From Polyangiaceae bacterium (GTDB taxonomy: Bacteria; Myxococcota_A; Polyangia; Polyangiales; Polyangiaceae), in the NCBI GenBank assembly GCA_035063585.1, contig JAPSGB010000005.1, forward strand, positions 32,001-96,000: a stretch of DNA of 64,000 nt. Direction: 5' to 3'. Positions 1 to 10,318 of the stretch are shown in pieces. Every line of letters begins with the position of its first letter. Within the stretch, counting starts at the first letter, position 1. The notes under the pieces are model-generated. The model did no database searches, was not told the origin of the DNA, and worked only from the letters and a program-made list of their open reading frames with translations. The translations under genes were made by a program, and so were the position numbers.

Positions 1-30
1 CCCCGGGAAACCGAGCGCCGCGCCCGCTCG

Positions 31-1317
31 GTGACTCCGCGAGCTTGCGGCCCGGACCGCGCCGCGCCAGCATCCGCGGCCGTGGCCATCGAGCTCGCGC
101 GCCGGTTGCTGCAGGGCGGAGTCGCCGCGACGAGCGATGTCGAGCGTGCGCTGACGGCCTCGATGAGTCGCCGGGTCCCCTTTCTCGCGGCCTTTGCCGC
201 GCAGTCCGTCGAGGCTGCCGGGCTCGTCGAGCGCGAGACCGAGCGCGCGAGGGTCCCTGTGGTTCGGGCGGTTCGCGGTGTGTCCGCGCTCCATGACCAG
301 CTGCCCGCCGGGATGTGTGCCCGGCTCATCGCGGTGCCGGTTCGGCGCGACCCGCGCACCGGGACGGTCGACGTCGCCACCGCCGATCCGTTCGACCCGC
401 ACCTCGCCGAGGAGTTCGCGTTTCACCTCGGCAGCCCGGTTCGGATCCTGCGCGCCACCGTCGCCGAGCTTCGCGCCGCGCTCGAGGAGCTCGAGTCCGA
501 GCGGCGCTCGCCGCCGCGCGAGTCGTTCGCCGACGAGCACGACGGCCGGACGCCGGCGTTCGGGACCCCGGCGCTCACGCCCGACGCCTCGCGGACGCCG
601 ATCATGCCGCGCGTCTCGCTCGGCGCGCTCGCCGCCCGGACCCGCTCGAGCGGGCCGCCGATCCCCTTGGTGACCCGCTCGTTGGCCCCCCCGCCCGCGG
701 GCGCGGAGGCGAGCTCGGTCCTCCGGCCCGCGCGGTCGCCCGTCATCGAGCTGCCCGAGGTGGACGAGGCGGGCCAGCCCGTCATCGAGCTCTTTCGTTC
801 CAAGGCGCCGCCTCCGCCTTCGGCCGGGCCCAGCGCCGGAGAGCCGGACCTCGGGCTCGTCTTGATGGGGCTCGCGAGCGCGGACCGCCCGGACGAGGTG
901 GTCGAGCACGTCCTCTCCGCGATGGCGCCGGTCGCCGAGCGGGTCGTCGTGCTCGCGGCGCGTGCCGATGGGTTCGGGGGCCGCGCCGCGAGCCATGCGG
1001 TCGGCGACCCCGAGTCGGTGCGCCGGCTGCGAGTCACCGCGGGCGCTTCTCACGCGATCGAGACGGCGCTGGCGCGCGGGTTCTTCCTCGGTCGCTTGGA
1101 CGCTGACACCGAGGCCGGGCTCGTGAGAGCGCTGGCCGCTCACGCGCGAGACGCCTACCTGGTCACCGTGAGCGCGTCGGGGCGCCCGGCGCTCCTGGTC
1201 GCGGTCGCCGGGATGTCGAGCACGTTCGCCGCGAGCCGGCGCGCCGACGAGGTAGCGCGCGCCGCAGGCGAGGCCATCGAGCGGATCCTTCGAGCCCGAA
1301 AGCGCTCCACGTCCTAG
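31..1317 (+). CDS. GspE/PilB N-terminal (T2SSE_N)-domain protein with Pro-rich linker and C-terminal GAF-like region
   Basis: [32 protein letters not shown]...[10 protein letters not shown] resembles the T2SSE_N domain; no ATPase motifs. The frame is open to the window edge, so the start is uncertain (GTG at 82 is an alternative). Confidence 0.55.
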   Translation: MTPRACGPDRAAPASAAVAIELARRLLQGGVAATSDVERALTASMSRRVPFLAAFAAQSVEAAGLVERETERARVPVVRAVRGVSALHDQLPAGMCARLIAVPVRRDPRTGTVDVATADPFDPHLAEEFAFHLGSPVRILRATVAELRAALEELESERRSPPRESFADEHDGRTPAFGTPALTPDASRTPIMPRVSLGALAARTRSSGPPIPLVTRSLAPPPAGAEASSVLRPARSPVIELPEVDEAGQPVIELFRSKAPPPPSAGPSAGEPDLGLVLMGLASADRPDEVVEHVLSAMAPVAERVVVLAARADGFGGRAASHAVGDPESVRRLRVTAGASHAIETALARGFFLGRLDADTEAGLVRALAAHARDAYLVTVSASGRPALLVAVAGMSSTFAASRRADEVARAAGEAIERILRARKRSTS

Positions 1318-1375
1318 CCGTCCGCCGGCGCGCGCCGGCTTCGCGCGCACCGCGAAATGCTATGACCGGGTCGTC

Positions 1376-3532
1376 ATGAGCGATGCGAAGGGTCGGGCCG
1401 ACACGGCAACCTGGGAAGCGCTGGCCGCGAAGGAGCGGCGGGGCTCGGAGTCGAGTGAGCTCGTGTGGCACACGCCCGAGGGGCTCGAGGTGAAGCCGCT
1501 CTACACGCGCGCCGACGTCGAGGGGCTCGAGTTCACTGACACCATCCCCGGCGACTTTCCGTTCCTGCGCGGGCCCAAGGCGACCATGTACGCCGGCCGC
1601 CCGTGGACCATTCGGCAGTATGCCGGGTTCTCGACCGCCGAGGAGTCGAACGCGTTCTATCGGCGCGGCCTCGCCGCCGGTCAAAAGGGGCTCAGCGTCG
1701 CGTTCGATCTCGCGACCCACCGCGGCTACGACAGCGACCACCCGCGGGTGCTGGGCGACGTCGGCAAGGCGGGCGTCGCGATCGACTCGGTCGAGGACAT
1801 GAAGATCCTCTTCGACGGGATCCCGCTCGCCGAGACCAGCGTGAGCATGACCATGAACGGCGCGGTGCTGCCGGTGGTCGCGAGCTTCATCGTCGCCGCC
1901 GAGGAACGAGGCGTCGAGCAGGCCGCGCTCACCGGGACCATCCAGAACGACATCCTCAAGGAGTTCATGGTCCGCAACACGTACATCTACCCGCCCGCTC
2001 CCTCGATGCGGATCGTGAGCGACATCATCGAGTACATGAGCCGGAAGATGCCGCGCTTCAACTCGATCTCGATCAGCGGCTACCACATGCAGGAGGCCGG
2101 CGCGACGGCCGATCTCGAGCTCGCGTTCACCATCGCCGATGGGCTCGAGTATGTGCGAGCGGCGCTCGCCAAGGGCCTCTCCATCGACGACTTCGCGCCA
2201 CGCCTGTCGTTCTTCTTCGCCATTGGGATGAATTTCTACATGGAAGTGGCGAAACTCCGCGCCGCGCGCCTCATCTGGGCGACCTTGATGAAGCGGCATT
2301 TCGCGCCGAAGCGCCCCACCAGCCTGATGCTGCGGACGCACTGCCAGACCTCGGGGGTGTCACTCACCGAGCAGGATCCGTTCAACAACATCGTGCGGAC
2401 CACGGTGGAGGCGATGGCGGCGGTCCTCGGCGGCACCCAGAGCCTGCACACCAACTCGTTCGACGAAGCGGTGGCGCTCCCGACCGACACCTCGGCCCGA
2501 GTGGCGCGAAACACCCAGCTCATCCTCCAGCACGAGACCGGGATCACGCACGTCGTCGATCCGTGGGGTGGGTCGTATTTCATGGAATCCTTGACCCACG
2601 CGCTGGCCGCCAAGGCGCTCGGTATCATCGAGGAGGTCGAGGCGCTCGGCGGCATGACCCGGGCCGTCGAGAGCGGCATGCCCAAGCTCCGTATCGAGGA
2701 GGCCGCGGCGCGCCGGCAGGCGCGGATCGATCGCGGTCTCGACGTGGTGGTGGGCGTGAACGAGTACAAGCTCGAACACGAGCCACCGATCGATGTCCGG
2801 GTCGTGGACAACACCCGCGTGCGCGCCGCTCAGGTCGCGCGGCTAGCGGAAATCAAGCGGCGGCGGGACGCTGCCGAGGTCGAGCGCGCGCTCGCCGCGC
2901 TCACCCGCGCGGCCGAGAGCGGCGAGGGCAACCTGCTCGAGCGGAGCGTCGTGGCGGCTCGGGCGCGAGCCACGGTCGGCGAGATTTCTCTGGCGCTCGA
3001 GCGAGTGTTCGGGCGGCATCAGGCGGAACAGCGTAGTGTCTCCGGCGTGTACGGCGGCTTCTACGCGAATGATCCCGACTGGGCCCGGATGCGCGCCGAG
3101 GTCGAGGCCTTCGCGGAGCGGCATGGTCGCCGCCCGCGTATGCTGGTCGCGAAGATGGGGCAAGATGGCCATGATCGCGGCGCCAAGGTGATCGCCACCG
3201 CCTTTGCGGACCTAGGGTTCGACGTGGACGTGGGGCCCCTCTTCCAGACGCCGGCCGAGACGGCCCGCCAGGCCATCGACAACGACGTGCACGTGGTCGG
3301 GGTCTCGACCCAGGCGGCTGGCCACACGACGCTGGTCCCCGCGCTGGTCGACGAGCTGAAGCAGCAGGGCGGCGGCGACATCCTGGTGGTGTGCGGCGGC
3401 GTGATCCCGCCGGGGGACTACCCGTTCCTCGCCGACCACGGCGTCTCCGCCGTCTTCGGCCCCGGTTCGCCAATCCCTCTGGCGGCGCGGCAGGTGCTCG
3501 AGCTGCTCTCGAAGCGCGAGGTGTCCGAGTAG
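1376..3532 (+). CDS. scpA: Methylmalonyl-CoA mutase (AdoCbl-dependent, fused B12-binding domain)
   Basis: [45 protein letters not shown], and the B12 motif [14 protein letters not shown]. Confidence 0.97.
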   Translation: MSDAKGRADTATWEALAAKERRGSESSELVWHTPEGLEVKPLYTRADVEGLEFTDTIPGDFPFLRGPKATMYAGRPWTIRQYAGFSTAEESNAFYRRGLAAGQKGLSVAFDLATHRGYDSDHPRVLGDVGKAGVAIDSVEDMKILFDGIPLAETSVSMTMNGAVLPVVASFIVAAEERGVEQAALTGTIQNDILKEFMVRNTYIYPPAPSMRIVSDIIEYMSRKMPRFNSISISGYHMQEAGATADLELAFTIADGLEYVRAALAKGLSIDDFAPRLSFFFAIGMNFYMEVAKLRAARLIWATLMKRHFAPKRPTSLMLRTHCQTSGVSLTEQDPFNNIVRTTVEAMAAVLGGTQSLHTNSFDEAVALPTDTSARVARNTQLILQHETGITHVVDPWGGSYFMESLTHALAAKALGIIEEVEALGGMTRAVESGMPKLRIEEAAARRQARIDRGLDVVVGVNEYKLEHEPPIDVRVVDNTRVRAAQVARLAEIKRRRDAAEVERALAALTRAAESGEGNLLERSVVAARARATVGEISLALERVFGRHQAEQRSVSGVYGGFYANDPDWARMRAEVEAFAERHGRRPRMLVAKMGQDGHDRGAKVIATAFADLGFDVDVGPLFQTPAETARQAIDNDVHVVGVSTQAAGHTTLVPALVDELKQQGGGDILVVCGGVIPPGDYPFLADHGVSAVFGPGSPIPLAARQVLELLSKREVSE

Positions 3533-3534
3533 CC

Positions 3535-4530
3535 GTGGCCGACGTCGAGGGGCTCGCGAGCGGGGTGATCGCCGGCGAGCGGCGCGCCCTGGCCAAGGCG
3601 CTCACGCTGGTCGAGAGCACTCGCGACGATCACCAGGGCGAAGCGCAGCGCCTGCTCGAGCGGCTCTTGCCGCGAACCGGACGCGCGGCTCGCGTCGGCG
3701 TGAGCGGCGTGCCCGGGGTCGGTAAGAGCACGTTCATCGAAGCGCTCGGCATGTACCTGGTCGACGAGGGCGCGCGGGTCGCGGTGCTCGCGGTCGATCC
3801 CTCGAGCACCCTGAGCGGGGGCAGCGTGCTCGGCGACAAGACGCGGATGGTGCGCCTGGCAGCATCCGAGCGGGCCTTCGTCCGCCCGACCCCGGCGAGC
3901 GGCTCGCTCGGCGGCGTCGCGCGGCGTACCCGCGAGGCGCTCCTCGTCTGTGAAGCCGCCGGCTACGACGTCGTGCTCGTGGAGACGGTCGGGGTGGGAC
4001 AGTCCGAGTTTGCGGTCGCTTCCATGGTGGACAGCTTCCTCTTGCTCGCCTTGCCCGGCGCTGGCGACGAGCTCCAGGGGATCAAGCGCGGTATCCTCGA
4101 GCTCGCTGACGTCTTGGCGGTCAACAAGGCCGATGGTGACGGACTCCGGCGCGCCGAGCAGGCGGCCGCCGAGGCACGCGCCGCGCTCCGCTTCCTCCGG
4201 TCGGCGACCGATGGGTGGACTCCTCCGGTGCTCTTGGTGAGCGCTCGGGAGGGGCGCGGGATGGCTCTGGTGTGGGAGCGGCTGCTCGAGCACCGCCGCC
4301 TGCTCGAGCGGAGCGGTCAGCTCGAGCAGAAGCGCGCCGTCCAGCAGGAGAGCTGGCTCTTCAGCCTCCTCCGCGAGGGGCTCGAGGCGCGCTTCTTCGC
4401 GCGTCCGGACGTCAAGGCCAGCCTCGACGACGTGCTCGCGCAGATCGCCGCGCGGCGCATCACCCCCACCGAGGGCGCCCGCAGGCTCCTCGCCCTCGCC
4501 GACGCGTCGGCTTCCGCGACGCGCGGCTGA
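3535..4530 (+). CDS. meaB: Methylmalonyl-CoA mutase-associated GTPase MeaB
   Basis: GVPGVGKST, AVDPSS...GDKTRM, ETVGVGQSE, GDELQGIKRG, NKAD; GTG start 2 nt after the scpA stop. Confidence 0.95.
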   Translation: MADVEGLASGVIAGERRALAKALTLVESTRDDHQGEAQRLLERLLPRTGRAARVGVSGVPGVGKSTFIEALGMYLVDEGARVAVLAVDPSSTLSGGSVLGDKTRMVRLAASERAFVRPTPASGSLGGVARRTREALLVCEAAGYDVVLVETVGVGQSEFAVASMVDSFLLLALPGAGDELQGIKRGILELADVLAVNKADGDGLRRAEQAAAEARAALRFLRSATDGWTPPVLLVSAREGRGMALVWERLLEHRRLLERSGQLEQKRAVQQESWLFSLLREGLEARFFARPDVKASLDDVLAQIAARRITPTEGARRLLALADASASATRG

Positions 4531-4656
4531 GCGAGCGCGGTGCTCCCCCCCTGATCGCGCTGTCCTGCTCCGCGGCCCTGCGGGACACGGCCGCCGCCGC
4601 GTTCGCGTCGAATATTCATTTTCTTGTTGGCTCGGCGCGTGCAAGAGCGGCCCGCC

Positions 4657-5349
4657 ATGAGATGGCTGGTCGCGGCGATGCTGGCGGGAGGGCTCCTCGT
4701 GAGCTCGGCGGCCGAGGCCGCGGAGACGACCGAGCCCGAGTGGCTCTTCGGCGCTGCCGTCTCGTTCGTGAGGACGACGCCGGTCGACCTCGCTGCGATC
4801 GCCGAGAGTAACCGGTACGGCACGGGCAACGACGCCTCGGGAGCGGCGCTCGGCTTCGGCTTGCGCGCTGGCGTGGTGACGGCTCGTGTCTTCGAGCTCT
4901 CCCTCACCGGGACCATCGCGGCGGGCGGGTTGGCGCTCACCCAGATCGAGTCTCGGTACTACGGCTCCGGACCGGATACGATCGGCGGAACGCTCACCGC
5001 GACCGCCGAGCTCTCCGGGCGGTACGTCGCCTGGGACCGCCCGTCACTCAGGCTCTTCGTAGGGCCGGCGGCCGGGCTGCAGCGGCGCGCTGCGTCTTCG
5101 GGGGTCGGCAGCGCCTTCCTCGACACTGTGCCGGTGGGCCTCGACGTCGGCGCGCGCGTGCCGGTGAGCCGGATCTCGCGGCGGGTCGAGGGGAGCCTCG
5201 AGCTCACGCTATTGGCGAGGCGCGAGCTCATGCCCGCGGCGCAGGTCGGCGGCGGCCGCGCCGGGCCTCCCCAGCTCGCGGGGAGCGGTGGTGGGGACGC
5301 CATCTACTCCTTCGGCGTCGCGTTCGGTTACGTCTTCGGACTGCGCTAG
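4657..5349 (+). CDS. Exported hypothetical protein, probable outer-membrane beta-barrel
   Basis: Signal peptide (MRWLVAAMLAGGLLVSSAAEA), amphipathic strands, C-terminal YSFGVAFGYVF. Confidence 0.5.
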   Translation: MRWLVAAMLAGGLLVSSAAEAAETTEPEWLFGAAVSFVRTTPVDLAAIAESNRYGTGNDASGAALGFGLRAGVVTARVFELSLTGTIAAGGLALTQIESRYYGSGPDTIGGTLTATAELSGRYVAWDRPSLRLFVGPAAGLQRRAASSGVGSAFLDTVPVGLDVGARVPVSRISRRVEGSLELTLLARRELMPAAQVGGGRAGPPQLAGSGGGDAIYSFGVAFGYVFGLR

Positions 5350-5373
5350 GGCGAGGCGAGACGAGCGCTCCCG

Positions 5374-5835
5374 TCACTCGAGCGCGGCGAGCACCTCGGG
5401 GGGCGCCTGAACCAGCTCGATGAGCACGCCCTCTCCGCCGAGCGGTGACGCCTCATTACCCTTCGGGTGGATGAAGCAGACGTCGTGGCCGGCCGCGCCG
5501 CGGCGGATCCCGCCGGGCGTGAAGCGCACGCCTTGCTCGGTGAGCCAGGCGACCGCCGCGCCGAGATCGCTCACCCAGAGCCCAATGTGATTGAGCGCCG
5601 GCTCGTGGACGCGCGGACGAGCGGACGGGTCGACGGGCTGCATGAGATCGATCTCGACCGCGAGCGGGCCGCGGCCGGCCCGCAGGATGTCCTCGTCTAC
5701 GTTCTCCTGCTCGCTCCGAAACTCGCTCACCTTCTCGAGGCCGAGCACGTCGAGCCAGAGACGCCGCAGCGCGCTCTTGTCGGAGCTTCCAACCGCGATT
5801 TGTTGGACGCCGAGGATCTTGAAGGGTCGGGTCAT
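5374..5835 (-). CDS. VOC-family protein, probable methylmalonyl-CoA epimerase
   Basis: [29 protein letters not shown] glyoxalase-fold motifs; lies next to scpA-meaB. Confidence 0.8.
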   Translation of the reverse strand: MTRPFKILGVQQIAVGSSDKSALRRLWLDVLGLEKVSEFRSEQENVDEDILRAGRGPLAVEIDLMQPVDPSARPRVHEPALNHIGLWVSDLGAAVAWLTEQGVRFTPGGIRRGAAGHDVCFIHPKGNEASPLGGEGVLIELVQAPPEVLAALE

Positions 5836-5891
5836 GGTGGGCTCCGGAGGAGCGACGCGCGACGGGCGCGCCGCGTCGGCAGCATGCGCGG

Positions 5892-6557
5892 TCAGGGGGC
5901 GCGAAACTGCAGGCCGACCGTCAGTTCCATGGTGCTATTGATCGCGCGCACGACGCCGGTGGTGAGGCCGGCATCGAGATAGACGCCCGCGTACTTGGAG
6001 AAGTCGTACTCTGGCCCCGCGGCGAGGTGGAAGACGAAATCCTGCTTATAGTCCTTGGTGTCGAAGGGCGCGCGGAGGGTTCCGCGAGAGCCCTCGAGCT
6101 CGTAACCTATCGCCGGCTCGAGGAAGATTTTGAAGGCTGAGTCGCTCATCGTGTAGATGCGCGTGCCCACGCCGACCAGGAGCAGGGGCTCCGTGTCCGT
6201 CTTCGGCTCCTCTTGAAGCCCAAAGCGGCCCCACAGGAACGGCTCGAGCCCATCCAGGATGGCAAAACTCGCGGCCAGGTCGAGCGCCAGCGGCGCGCTG
6301 AACCCGCAGAACTTCTGTTGGTCCTTCTCCGATTTTGCCGGATCCGGAGCGCTGCAGTACGGGGAGCTCGCGTAGCGAAACGCCATCCGGTAGCCGCCGG
6401 TCAGTCCGGCCCGCAGCCCGAACTGACGGCCATGGCCGTAGGAAGGAGCCTCCTCGCTCGAGGGCGTACCCTCGCCACCCGCACCCTCGCTGGCCGGCGC
6501 CGCCGCCGCGCCGCATGAGAAGAGCAGCACCACCCCGAGCGCTCGCCAGCCCATCAT
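5892..6557 (-). CDS. Exported hypothetical protein, probable small outer-membrane beta-barrel
   Basis: Signal-like N-terminus [15 protein letters not shown], alternating strands, terminal ELTVGLQFR, Cys pair in a predicted loop. Confidence 0.55.
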   Translation of the reverse strand: MMGWRALGVVLLFSCGAAAAPASEGAGGEGTPSSEEAPSYGHGRQFGLRAGLTGGYRMAFRYASSPYCSAPDPAKSEKDQQKFCGFSAPLALDLAASFAILDGLEPFLWGRFGLQEEPKTDTEPLLLVGVGTRIYTMSDSAFKIFLEPAIGYELEGSRGTLRAPFDTKDYKQDFVFHLAAGPEYDFSKYAGVYLDAGLTTGVVRAINSTMELTVGLQFRAP

Positions 6558-6614
6558 GGCCGCGAGGATAGCCCAACCGTTTCGACCAAGAAAAGACCGT
6601 TCGGCGAGGGCCTC

Positions 6615-6702
6615 GCGGCCCGCGCCGACCCGGCCCGCGCCCGGTGCGGCCCGCGCCGACCCGGCCCGCGCCCGGTGCGGCTCGTGTCGACCCGGCCCGC
6701 GC
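6615..6702. repeat. 31-bp tandem repeat, about 2.8 copies, intergenic
   Basis: GCGGCCCGCGCCGACCCGGCCCGCGCCCGGT at 6615-6645 and 6646-6676 (identical); a partial third copy at 6677-6702 carries three C>T changes. Confidence 0.9.
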
Positions 6703-6744
6703 TGCGCGGGCTTCTTTGCGGGCGCGCCCCGCTCGGCTGGCGCC

Positions 6745-8544
6745 TCAGCGCGGCGCCGCACCCTTGCCGGGTACTCGCGCCGGCTCCGCGCCGCCCGCCA
6801 AGGTCCACCGCCGCTCGTCACCGATGGCGAGCCAGCGGAGCTCGACTCGCTTCCCGTCCGCGCTCGCCACGATGGGCGCCTGCCCTTCCCACCGCTCCGG
6901 GTCGGAGAGCTCGAGCGAGGCGCTCTTGGCGAGCGCCTCGAGCGTGGTGTCGTCCGCGGTGAGCGCGAGGATACCGAGCCCGGCGAACATCGGGACCATG
7001 CCCGCCGGGATGTGGGCTGCGATCACCGCGCGCAGGTTCGGGGCCAAGCGCGCCGCGCGGCGCTCGGCCTGGCGGACGTCGTCAGGCTGCCTCGCGAGCA
7101 GGGCGCTCGGCGCGTGGAGGCCATCGAGCGAGCCGACCATCGCGAGCGCGCCTCCGCGCGTCCAGGGTACCGCCGGTGCCGTGGTCATCGAAGGCGCGCG
7201 CTGGGTGTCCGCTTCGCTCTTCGTCTTCGACTTGCTCTTGCGCATGATGAGGACATCATCGGTCGGGAGCGTGCGCGGCACGGTGATGCGGACGGGGCGC
7301 TTGAAGGCGCGTGGATCGCCGACCTGTCCGGTCGCGACGGCGTAGGCGAGCGTCTCCGCCGAACCGACTACGAATCGCTGATCGCGCGGTAACCCGGGCT
7401 CGGGATCGAAGGTGCGCATGGAGATCCCGCCCGGCGTGGGCGGGTAGAGCTCTCCGGTCACCACGCGATGATCCGGTTCGAGCAGGCGTGCGCCGGTGGC
7501 GACCAGATCCACCAGCGCGCCGGATTGCGCGAGCACCTCGAGCGCTTGCCGGGAGGGGGGCGCCACCAGCAGATCGAGCCGAGGCGGCACCCGCTTGCTC
7601 TTCAAGAGCGCGGCGGCGGCCAGGAGATCGCGCAGCGACGCGCCGGAGTCGCCGCCGAGGATGACCTGCGTCACCGGTTGCCCTGCCAGCTCGCGCACCG
7701 CGCGGACCGCCCCGGCCTCGTCCATGATGAGCGGATCGACCGCGGACAGATCTACGCTGATGACGTCGTCGCAGGGCGCTCCCGGATCCGGCGCGAGGCT
7801 GCGGTGTGCTTTCGAGCGACGCTGGTCGCGCAGGTAGACCTCCGTCTTCTCGTCGCTCGTGAAGACCGCCGCCGAGGCACCGAGCTGAGGCGCGAGCGCC
7901 GACAGGACGGCCCGATCGGCCACCGAGAGCAGCCGCGCGCTCGGACCGGTGAATTCGACGACCACCGGGGTCCCGTGCTCGTGGTCGAGCCGCCGGATGA
8001 GGTCGCCGAGGCCGCGCCGGATGAGCTCGAGCGCGACGTCGCGGACGCACACGAACGGGCGGACTCGCCCCGACAGCAACACCTGAACGCTCCGCGGAGG
8101 ACGGACCAGGACGCTCCCCTGGAGCAGCGCCTCGGCGAGCTGCCCGGGGGGCGTCACCAAGGTCAGCATCCCGATCCCGCCCACCGACGCGAGCCGAGGC
8201 TCGTCGGTCAGCGCGAGTCGGGCCGGGCTGCCGAAGCGCTCGAGGTGCACCGCCGCCGGGAAGCCGATCCCCGGACGCGCGACCAGCACTCCGGTCTGGA
8301 GCGCCTCGCGAGAGACTCGCTCCGGTACCCCCTGTGCGGAGTCGAGCGTCGGCCCGCCGGTGACGCAGCGAGTGTCGTAAGCGACTGCGACCTCGACGGC
8401 GGCCTTCTTGAGGCCTGCGCGCAGGGCTTCGCCGAGCGCACGGGTGGGCTCGTTCGCCAGGATCACCTGGTCGATCTTGACCCGGACGAGATCCCCCTTG
8501 AGCTCCGCGTCGTCAGCGCGGCCAGAGAGGATCTTTTGTGTCAT
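6745..8544 (-). CDS. Aconitase/isopropylmalate dehydratase-family protein with degenerate active site (no Fe-S ligands)
   Basis: MTQKIL, VHLERFG, GGIGML, V.V.LSG, DVALEL, FTSDEKT, ISVDLSAVDPL, SRQ, GARLLEP, SAETLAYAVATG..DPR follow the aconitase fold, but the DSHT, GSCTN and CxxC motifs are replaced. Confidence 0.8.
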   Translation of the reverse strand: MTQKILSGRADDAELKGDLVRVKIDQVILANEPTRALGEALRAGLKKAAVEVAVAYDTRCVTGGPTLDSAQGVPERVSREALQTGVLVARPGIGFPAAVHLERFGSPARLALTDEPRLASVGGIGMLTLVTPPGQLAEALLQGSVLVRPPRSVQVLLSGRVRPFVCVRDVALELIRRGLGDLIRRLDHEHGTPVVVEFTGPSARLLSVADRAVLSALAPQLGASAAVFTSDEKTEVYLRDQRRSKAHRSLAPDPGAPCDDVISVDLSAVDPLIMDEAGAVRAVRELAGQPVTQVILGGDSGASLRDLLAAAALLKSKRVPPRLDLLVAPPSRQALEVLAQSGALVDLVATGARLLEPDHRVVTGELYPPTPGGISMRTFDPEPGLPRDQRFVVGSAETLAYAVATGQVGDPRAFKRPVRITVPRTLPTDDVLIMRKSKSKTKSEADTQRAPSMTTAPAVPWTRGGALAMVGSLDGLHAPSALLARQPDDVRQAERRAARLAPNLRAVIAAHIPAGMVPMFAGLGILALTADDTTLEALAKSASLELSDPERWEGQAPIVASADGKRVELRWLAIGDERRWTLAGGAEPARVPGKGAAPR

Positions 8545-8845
8545 TGTGCGGGGCGGGTCCCCCGCTCGCGCACGCATTGGATCTTGGCTACCTGCTGCGG
8601 TTTACGTCCGTGCCCCTCGCGAGCCGCGAAGGTAGTCGCAGGGCAACCGAGCGGTCAAGGTCGCTCGTGCGGATAGATCTCCTTGGACCGCATCTCCCAG
8701 TCCGGCGCGGGCCGCAACCCCCGATGAGCCTCCGCGGGGATCCAGGCCCGATGGCCGGCCGCGAGCCCTCGTATTTTCAGGATTTTAAGGGAAGGGGCTC
8801 GGGAAACATTCACCTCCATCGGCAAACCGGGTAGGCTGAGCGCAC

Positions 8846-9202
8846 ATGTTCAAGGAGATGCTCCAGCAGGTCGTCGATGGCACCGACGGCGGCATCGCCG
8901 GGCTGCTCATGGACTTCGAGGGCATTCCGGTCGAGAGCTACGCGAAGGACGGCGGCTTCGACATCGAGGCGGTGGGCGCGGAGGTGAGCGTGGTGGTCAA
9001 GGCCATCCAGCGCGCCACCGAGATGCTCGACGCCGGCTCGACGCGGGAGGTGTCCTTCAAGAGCGACAAGATGGTGACGCTCATCCGGGTCTTGAACGAC
9101 AACTACTTCGTGGCCCTCGCGCTCGAGCCGGAGGGTAACTTCGGCAAGGGGCGCTTCATGCTCCGCGTCGCGGCGCCGGAGCTCGTCCAGGAGCTCTCCT
9201 GA
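8846..9202 (+). CDS. Roadblock/LC7 domain protein (MglB/MglC-like)
   Basis: 118 aa; GGIAGLLMDFEGIPVESY...NFGKGRFMLR; the position ahead of aroQ-accB-accC matches the context I recall for mglC-type genes. Confidence 0.8.
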   Translation: MFKEMLQQVVDGTDGGIAGLLMDFEGIPVESYAKDGGFDIEAVGAEVSVVVKAIQRATEMLDAGSTREVSFKSDKMVTLIRVLNDNYFVALALEPEGNFGKGRFMLRVAAPELVQELS

Positions 9203-9206
9203 GAGC

Positions 9207-9728
9207 GTGAGCGCTGCGCCCGGGACAGCGGGGCGGCGTTCCGCCAGGGCGACGCCGGCCAGGTCGTCGCCTCGCTCGGCGCGCGTGCTCGTCTTGAGCG
9301 GACCTAGCCTCGATCGCCTCGGCCGTCGTGAGCCGGCCATCTACGGAAGGACGACGCTCGACGCGATACACGCCGAGCTCGCCGAGCTCGGCGCGAGCCT
9401 CGGCGTCGAGGTCGCCTGTCACCAGAGCAACCACGAGGGGGCGCTCATCGACTGGATCGGCGCTGCGGCGGATGAGGGCTTCGACGGGATCCTGCTCAAC
9501 CCAGGCGCCTACACCCATACCTCCTACGCCCTCTACGACGCGCTCCGCGGCGCCGGGCTCCCGGCCATCGAGGTGCACCTGTCGAATCCCGACGCGCGCG
9601 AGGGATTCAGACGACGCTCGCGCGTCGCTCCCGCGTGCCTCGGGCGTATCGCCGGGTTCGGCGCGGCGTCTTATGCGCTCGCGCTCCGCGGGCTCGTCGA
9701 GCACCTCCGAGCGTCGCGGTCGACGTGA
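9207..9728 (+). CDS. aroQ: Type II 3-dehydroquinate dehydratase
   Basis: GPSLDRLGRREPAIYG, QSNHEG, NPGAYTHTS, EVHLSN..ARE.FR; exact start uncertain. Confidence 0.93.
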   Translation: MSAAPGTAGRRSARATPARSSPRSARVLVLSGPSLDRLGRREPAIYGRTTLDAIHAELAELGASLGVEVACHQSNHEGALIDWIGAAADEGFDGILLNPGAYTHTSYALYDALRGAGLPAIEVHLSNPDAREGFRRRSRVAPACLGRIAGFGAASYALALRGLVEHLRASRST

Positions 9729-9831
9729 CGCGCTGCGCCGCGAGCGCGAACTCGAGTTCGCGCTGGTTGGCGGTTGTTCGAGCGCGGGTGAGCGAGTACG
9801 GTCGCGCGGCTCCGCACGGTACGAGGACGAC

Positions 9832-10302
9832 ATGGATATCCCGCTAGAAGAGCTCAAGGGGTTGCTCGCGACGCTGGAAGAGGGCGGCGTCGAGGAGTTC
9901 GAGTTCGAAGACGAAAAGCATCGCGTCCGCGTCGCGTTCCGTCGCGGTGCCGGCGTCCCCGCCGGCGCCCCGTTCGTCATGGCGACGGCGCCAGCGACGC
10001 CGAGCATGGTCCCCTCGGTCGCGCCGCCGGCCGCGCCGCCCCGGCAGGAAGACGACGCCAACGTGGTGTACGTGACCTCCCCGTTCGTCGGGACCTTCTA
10101 TCGAGCGTCCGCGCCCGAGGCCGAGCCGTTCGTGCAGGTCGGCGCGTCGGTCGCGGTAGGGCAGGTGCTCTGCATCGTCGAGGCGATGAAGCTCATGAAC
10201 GAGATCGAGGCCGAGCAGTCGGGGACGCTCCTCGAGATCCTGGCGGCCAACGGCGACAGCGTCGAGTTTGGGCAGCGGCTGTTCAAGATGCGGAAGGGCT
10301 GA
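9832..10302 (+). CDS. accB: Acetyl-CoA carboxylase biotin carboxyl carrier protein
   Basis: SPFVGTFY, EAMKLMNEI biotinylation motif, Pro/Ala linker; GAGGA RBS upstream. Confidence 0.96.
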   Translation: MDIPLEELKGLLATLEEGGVEEFEFEDEKHRVRVAFRRGAGVPAGAPFVMATAPATPSMVPSVAPPAAPPRQEDDANVVYVTSPFVGTFYRASAPEAEPFVQVGASVAVGQVLCIVEAMKLMNEIEAEQSGTLLEILAANGDSVEFGQRLFKMRKG

Positions 10303-10318
10303 GCCTCTCGCGGCCGCC

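Noticed and set aside
1318..1375. Cobalamin riboswitch upstream of the mutase
   Set aside because: The gap is only 58 bp and shows no B12-box motif.
6615..6702. Possible CRISPR array
   Set aside because: The repeats are head-to-tail with no spacers, and there are no cas genes in the window.
6745..8544. Calling the aconitase-like gene leuC/acnA or a pseudogene
   Set aside because: Catalytic motifs are absent, so an enzyme name is unsupported; the frame is intact with normal codon usage, so it is not an evident pseudogene.
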